DNA of 20,000 bases from an uncultured virus (IMG/VR IMGVR_UViG_3300046697_000351) (Duplodnaviria > Heunggongvirae > Uroviricota > Caudoviricetes), in the IMG/VR virus record IMGVR_UViG_3300046697_000351, positions 52,328 to 72,327 of that record; one strand, given 5' to 3'. Position 1 is the first letter of the stretch. Every line of letters begins with the position of its first letter. A program made the position numbers and the translations under genes. This document shows, piece after piece, positions 16,646 through 20,000 of the stretch. Below the pieces are notes generated by a model. The model saw nothing but the letters and a program-made list of their open reading frames with translations. It did no database searches and was not told where the DNA came from.

Positions 16646-18103
16646 TTAGCCCAGGAAATCCTTGGGATTGACGAATATCGTGCCGTTTACGTTCTGAGGG
16701 TCGGTGACTAGCCCCGATTCCTTTCCCTGCAAGACGCGGAGCCTGTTGAGGTCACCGGCTTGGACGTCCAGGGGCGCGCCCAGGTCGAAGATCGACTCCA
16801 CGCCGTAAATGGGGTGGGTTTGATCCATGAGTTCGACGTTGGCCTCTTGGATGATCATGACGCCCTGGACCCGGTACGGGGATACCGAACCTATCTGGTA
16901 CCGGAGCGTGGCGTTGATGGCGGCCTCGTAGCTGACGTAATAGGTCGAGGACTTCTGGGGTCGGCGGCCCTCCGGGAGCCAGAGGATGCCGCTTCCGACG
17001 ATGGTCGCGATGAAGCCCGAGGCCGGGAACTTGTCTTGGTCCGATATCCCGGAGCCGTAGCCGCCGTCTAAGGTCACGATGAAGAACCCGGCGTCGGCCA
17101 TGGTCCCCTTCCGGAGGGTGGCGGTCACGCGCTTGCGCTTGGCCGCCTGGCAGAAGACGCTGACGGTCAGGCCCGGGGCGAAGCCAGCGTCAGCGTAGAG
17201 CGTGACCTTGGGCTGCGTCACCCCCAGGAGGTTGTCGTGCGCCGGTGGGTCCAGGGGCGCGACCTTGCCCAGGACACGGAGGACCCGGGAATCCGGGTCC
17301 GGGGGCGGGGTCAGGGCGTCGGCGACCGCGAGTTCGCCGCCGGTCAGGATGTAGTCGACGCCGTCGACGAAGTCCTCACCACCGCCGACCTGGGGAGGCA
17401 CGTCGTAGCCGTTGTCCGGCGTCGAGATCGGGGCGGGGTTGGGGACGGATAGGGTGGAGCCGTCACGGGTCCTACTGATCTTGAGGACCTTCCGCGCGTT
17501 CAGCTTCAATAGGGGATCGACGTTGGGGTCCAGGGCGCCCCGGATCACGGGCTCGGCCTGGAACCTGACGCAGTCCGTGACCGGGGCCCGGGATAGGGAG
17601 ACGACGAAGTCCCGGTCCCGAAGCGGGAAGTTTGGCATCAGCGTCAGCATCGGCTTCTGCTCAAGGGTGATCCCCAGCTCCGTCAGCTTCCTGGCCATGG
17701 GGTTGGGGCCGATGGTTCCTACGCTGCGGCCCATGAAGTCGTAGCCGCCCACGAACCTTGTGTTCCAGCAGATGCGGCAGCCGTCCTGGGCCTGATTCGT
17801 GACGGGGTCGACGCAGGCGCAGGTCTCGCCGAAGCGCTTCTGGCGGTAGATCAGCAGGTCCTCACCCACGGCCTTGAGCGCCAGCACCCGCGTGTTCAGG
17901 GCCTGATTCACGACCAAGTCCATGGCCATGATCTGGTCAGGCTGATCCTGGTAGGGCCCCAGGGGGTCGGGGAACGCCGACGCCGGGTCCACGGCCCCGG
18001 GGACGGGCGGGCGCCAGCCGGACTCGGGGGGAGCGACCGGGCTGAAGGCCTGGTCCGCAGGACCCCCGACGCTGCCGAACGGCTTCTCGAATTTTCCGTT
18101 CAT
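16646..18103 (-). CDS. Neck / head-closure-like protein with CxC-x11-CxxC motif and a large internal insertion
   Basis: 485 aa. GETCACVDPVTNQAQDGCRICWNTRFVGGY, then P.LRDRDFVV...RYQIGSV, resembles Cys-motif neck proteins of large myoviruses. It lies between adaptor and terminator. Confidence 0.6.
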   Translation of the reverse strand: MNGKFEKPFGSVGGPADQAFSPVAPPESGWRPPVPGAVDPASAFPDPLGPYQDQPDQIMAMDLVVNQALNTRVLALKAVGEDLLIYRQKRFGETCACVDPVTNQAQDGCRICWNTRFVGGYDFMGRSVGTIGPNPMARKLTELGITLEQKPMLTLMPNFPLRDRDFVVSLSRAPVTDCVRFQAEPVIRGALDPNVDPLLKLNARKVLKISRTRDGSTLSVPNPAPISTPDNGYDVPPQVGGGEDFVDGVDYILTGGELAVADALTPPPDPDSRVLRVLGKVAPLDPPAHDNLLGVTQPKVTLYADAGFAPGLTVSVFCQAAKRKRVTATLRKGTMADAGFFIVTLDGGYGSGISDQDKFPASGFIATIVGSGILWLPEGRRPQKSSTYYVSYEAAINATLRYQIGSVSPYRVQGVMIIQEANVELMDQTHPIYGVESIFDLGAPLDVQAGDLNRLRVLQGKESGLVTDPQNVNGTIFVNPKDFLG

Positions 18104-18107
18104 CTTC

Positions 18108-19439
18108 CTATCGAATCCTCATTTGTCTTGGCGCGTATACCCTTATACGGAAAGAGAGCGGGCTCGTGAGGATTCCCTCGCCGTGGACGAAGCGCATCGT
18201 GCAGTAGAGCTTGATGGATTTGAGTTCTGTGGCGAAGGCCGACTCCTCGGCCTGGACCATGTTGTTGTAGAGCATGGTCCGGTTGATGCTGATCGTGGTC
18301 CCGCCAGCCCCGAGGTTGAACTCCTTAGCGGCCTCAAGCGCGGCCTGAGACCTCAGAGCGGCCAGGCGCGCGGCCACGAGGATGTAGTTGAAGAAATCCT
18401 TCGGTGCAGTCTCAAGGTTGAAGTCCGTGACCATGGGTATGGCGTTGACGCGGCTGAGACCCATGCTGATCGCCAGCCAGAGGTCGTCGTCGGACCAGCG
18501 CCTGACCCTGGGGTCCGGGGGGTTGTCCTTGAGCAGGGCCCGGAGGTTGACGATGTACCTCTCCGCCTGCGGCGAGAAGTTGCAGATGGACTCGGAGGGG
18601 GCGCTGCACCGGCCCGACCTGTCCATGGACGTGACGAAGTAAGTGTAGTAGTCGGGGAAGAACTCGACGCCGCCGCCGACAGAGTCGTCGCAGAACTCCA
18701 GGCGCTCGCAGGCCCTGACGCAGCCGATCCTGTGCTCGTTGCGCCAGACCTCGTAGAGCACGATCTCGGGTATGGCCGCGACCGCGCTCCACGTCAGCTT
18801 GATCCGGTGCTTGTTCCGGTCCAGGGGGTTGGAGGTGTAGACGGCTTGGAGCGCCGTGGGCGGAGGCACCGGCTTCTCGGGCTCGCACTCGCGGCGATCG
18901 CCGCAGGGGCTGGGCTCGCCGTCGCAGCGGTGATACTCGCCGTCACGGTACCTGAAGAGGGCGTTGTCGTGGTCCCGCCACCACCAGGTCCAGTCATAGA
19001 GGTAGCACCAGCGGTGCCGGTAGGGGTCGTACCACCAGAAGCAGTCGTTGTAGTAGACCGTCCAGGTATAGACGTCGCGGAAGTAGAACCCCCAGCGGTG
19101 GTACGATCCATCGAAATGGTGGCAGAGTTCGTGCTCGGACCAGTGCCGCCAGTGGTAGCCCCGGTCGTTGATGTCCCAGGATATGTCCTCGGCCCTGATC
19201 CTATCCTCGACCTCGCGGTCCATCATGGGCCTGAGCCGGATTTCCTCAGGAGCGATCAGCCTGTGGTCGTCGCGCTCGATGGGCTTCTGGCAGATGGGCC
19301 TGCCCTGGGGTCCCGTCGCGGGGTACTGGATGCTGCCGGGAGAGCCGTGCTCGACCATGCGGTCGCCGACAGGCCTGCGGCGCCAGTGCTCCTGGCGCGG
19401 GTGCTGGTCCTGGTGGGGGTCGGGGATAGGATCGCCCAC
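18108..19439 (-). CDS. Head-tail adaptor-like protein with N-terminal Trp/Tyr/His-rich region and Fn3 domain
   Basis: 443 aa. The C-terminal LRALLKD..RWSDDDLWLAI..N.IP..EFNLGAGGTTISINR resembles phage adaptor proteins. The middle IKLTWSAV..YEVWRN..YTYFVTSMD..SAPS is Fn3-like. GTG start has GGGGGT 7 nt upstream, but the start is uncertain. Confidence 0.65.
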   Translation of the reverse strand: MGDPIPDPHQDQHPRQEHWRRRPVGDRMVEHGSPGSIQYPATGPQGRPICQKPIERDDHRLIAPEEIRLRPMMDREVEDRIRAEDISWDINDRGYHWRHWSEHELCHHFDGSYHRWGFYFRDVYTWTVYYNDCFWWYDPYRHRWCYLYDWTWWWRDHDNALFRYRDGEYHRCDGEPSPCGDRRECEPEKPVPPPTALQAVYTSNPLDRNKHRIKLTWSAVAAIPEIVLYEVWRNEHRIGCVRACERLEFCDDSVGGGVEFFPDYYTYFVTSMDRSGRCSAPSESICNFSPQAERYIVNLRALLKDNPPDPRVRRWSDDDLWLAISMGLSRVNAIPMVTDFNLETAPKDFFNYILVAARLAALRSQAALEAAKEFNLGAGGTTISINRTMLYNNMVQAEESAFATELKSIKLYCTMRFVHGEGILTSPLSFRIRVYAPRQMRIR

Positions 19440-19523
19440 TTAGCTGACCCCCATGATCGTCGGCGCTGAGATCGGGGCTGCCGAGCGCGTGAACGTACCG
19501 ACGGTCACTGATTGGTTGGCCAT
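19440..19523 (-). CDS. Putative 27-aa micro-protein MANQSVTVGTFTRSAAPISAPTIMGVS
   Basis: Below the track size cutoff. It fills the 90-nt gap, with ATG 6 nt after the upstream TAG and TAA abutting the next GTG. Confidence 0.5.
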   Translation of the reverse strand: MANQSVTVGTFTRSAAPISAPTIMGVS

Positions 19524-19529
19524 ATCACA

Positions 19530-20000
19530 CTACCGCCAAACTGAAACACGGACAACTGCACCTGCACCTTGAGCCGAGGTCCAAGTCACGTCCAGGAAGT
19601 CGCTGATCTGATTGGCGAATCCCACGATGATCGTCGGGACTGCCCCCGGAACCTTGTACGCCACGGTCATTATGGTATCTGAAGTCAAAAGACCCGCTAA
19701 CGACATGGTTTCGGTCGCGGTAGCACCGGTACCCGGTGCACTATCGATGACTACGATTCCCTTCGGTACCGTAGGCTCCCATTGGGAATCGGTGGCACTA
19801 TAAGTTAAAACCTGGCCATCGGTTGGGGTGGCCTCTGTTACTGGGGTGTTTCGGATACCTGCGACTGTGGGATTAGGTAATGTCCCTGAGAGGTCTCCGC
19901 CAAGAGCGGACGACCCACCAAATAATAGCGAGCCTCCTACATTGATACTACCGTTCACGTCAAGAGGATGTGCCGGAGATGATGTGTTTATGCCGACCTG
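19530..20000 (-). CDS. Fibre-like / virion decoration protein, C-terminal part (start lies beyond the window)
   Basis: The frame is open to position 20000 (QVGINTSSPAHPLDVNG), so GTG 19958 is not the true start. The VGI.T.SP...LDV.G and GGDLSGTLPNPTV..PTDGQVLTY..W motifs are common in fibre-type proteins. Confidence 0.7.
   Translation of the reverse strand, partial: QVGINTSSPAHPLDVNGSINVGGSLLFGGSSALGGDLSGTLPNPTVAGIRNTPVTEATPTDGQVLTYSATDSQWEPTVPKGIVVIDSAPGTGATATETMSLAGLLTSDTIMTVAYKVPGAVPTIIVGFANQISDFLDVTWTSAQGAGAVVRVSVWR

Larger units (their letters stand above)
1..20000 (-). mobile_element. Phage/prophage neck, contractile tail and baseplate morphogenesis module
   Basis: Canonical order adaptor, neck, terminator, sheath, tube, chaperone, tape measure, initiator, hub, spike, gp25, J, wedge, fibre. 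All genes are co-oriented with very small gaps or overlaps. Confidence 0.88.

Noticed and set aside
1899..19532. TAG recoding (genetic code 15), suggested by three TAG stops in frame with the next gene (1903, 3905, 19530)
   Set aside because: Long Gln-containing ORFs, including the 1362-aa hub, have no internal TAG. Readthrough at 12995, 15790 and 18108 would create out-of-frame overlaps, and baseplate J has its own SD-like sequence. The standard code fits.
1..20000. Headless extracellular contractile injection system (eCIS/tailocin) or T6SS
   Set aside because: No Afp15-like AAA+ ATPase, Afp16-like cap or Tss membrane genes were recognised. Adaptor/neck-like genes and a G/GT frameshift point to a phage. 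Capsid genes are not in the window, so this is not fully excluded.
1..20000. CRISPR array, DGR template/variable repeats, tRNA genes, introns or inteins
   Set aside because: By eye I found no long nucleotide direct repeats, reverse transcriptase, cloverleaf or splicing motifs, and coding density leaves almost no room.

Overview
The whole window is one tightly packed minus-strand operon for building a contractile-tailed (myovirus-type) virion, most likely from a large, uncharacterised, GC-rich phage or prophage. Transcription runs right to left. Gene order: fibre-like protein (truncated at the right edge), a 27-aa micro-ORF, a head-tail adaptor with Trp/Tyr-rich and Fn3 extensions, a CxC/CxxC neck protein, tail terminator, sheath, tube, tail assembly chaperone with a -1 frameshift extension, a short tape measure protein, tube initiator, a 1362-aa baseplate hub, central spike, gp25-like protein, baseplate J, a small Ig-like protein, a wedge subunit, and an Fn3-repeat protein (truncated at the left edge, absent from the ORF track). 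Highlights: (1) a complete -1 frameshift cassette (A AAA AAC, 7-nt spacer, 10-bp stem, possible pseudoknot); (2) one small beta-module reused in neck, sheath and baseplate J, with further domains nested inside it; (3) unusual additions to core parts, including an aromatic-rich adaptor domain, a spike Zn-ribbon, and a hub with a degenerate M15-like fold plus an Ig domain; (4) a lower-GC tape measure segment. Functional calls rest on gene order and motifs recognised by eye; no database search was run. I saw no RNA genes, CRISPR arrays or IS elements.
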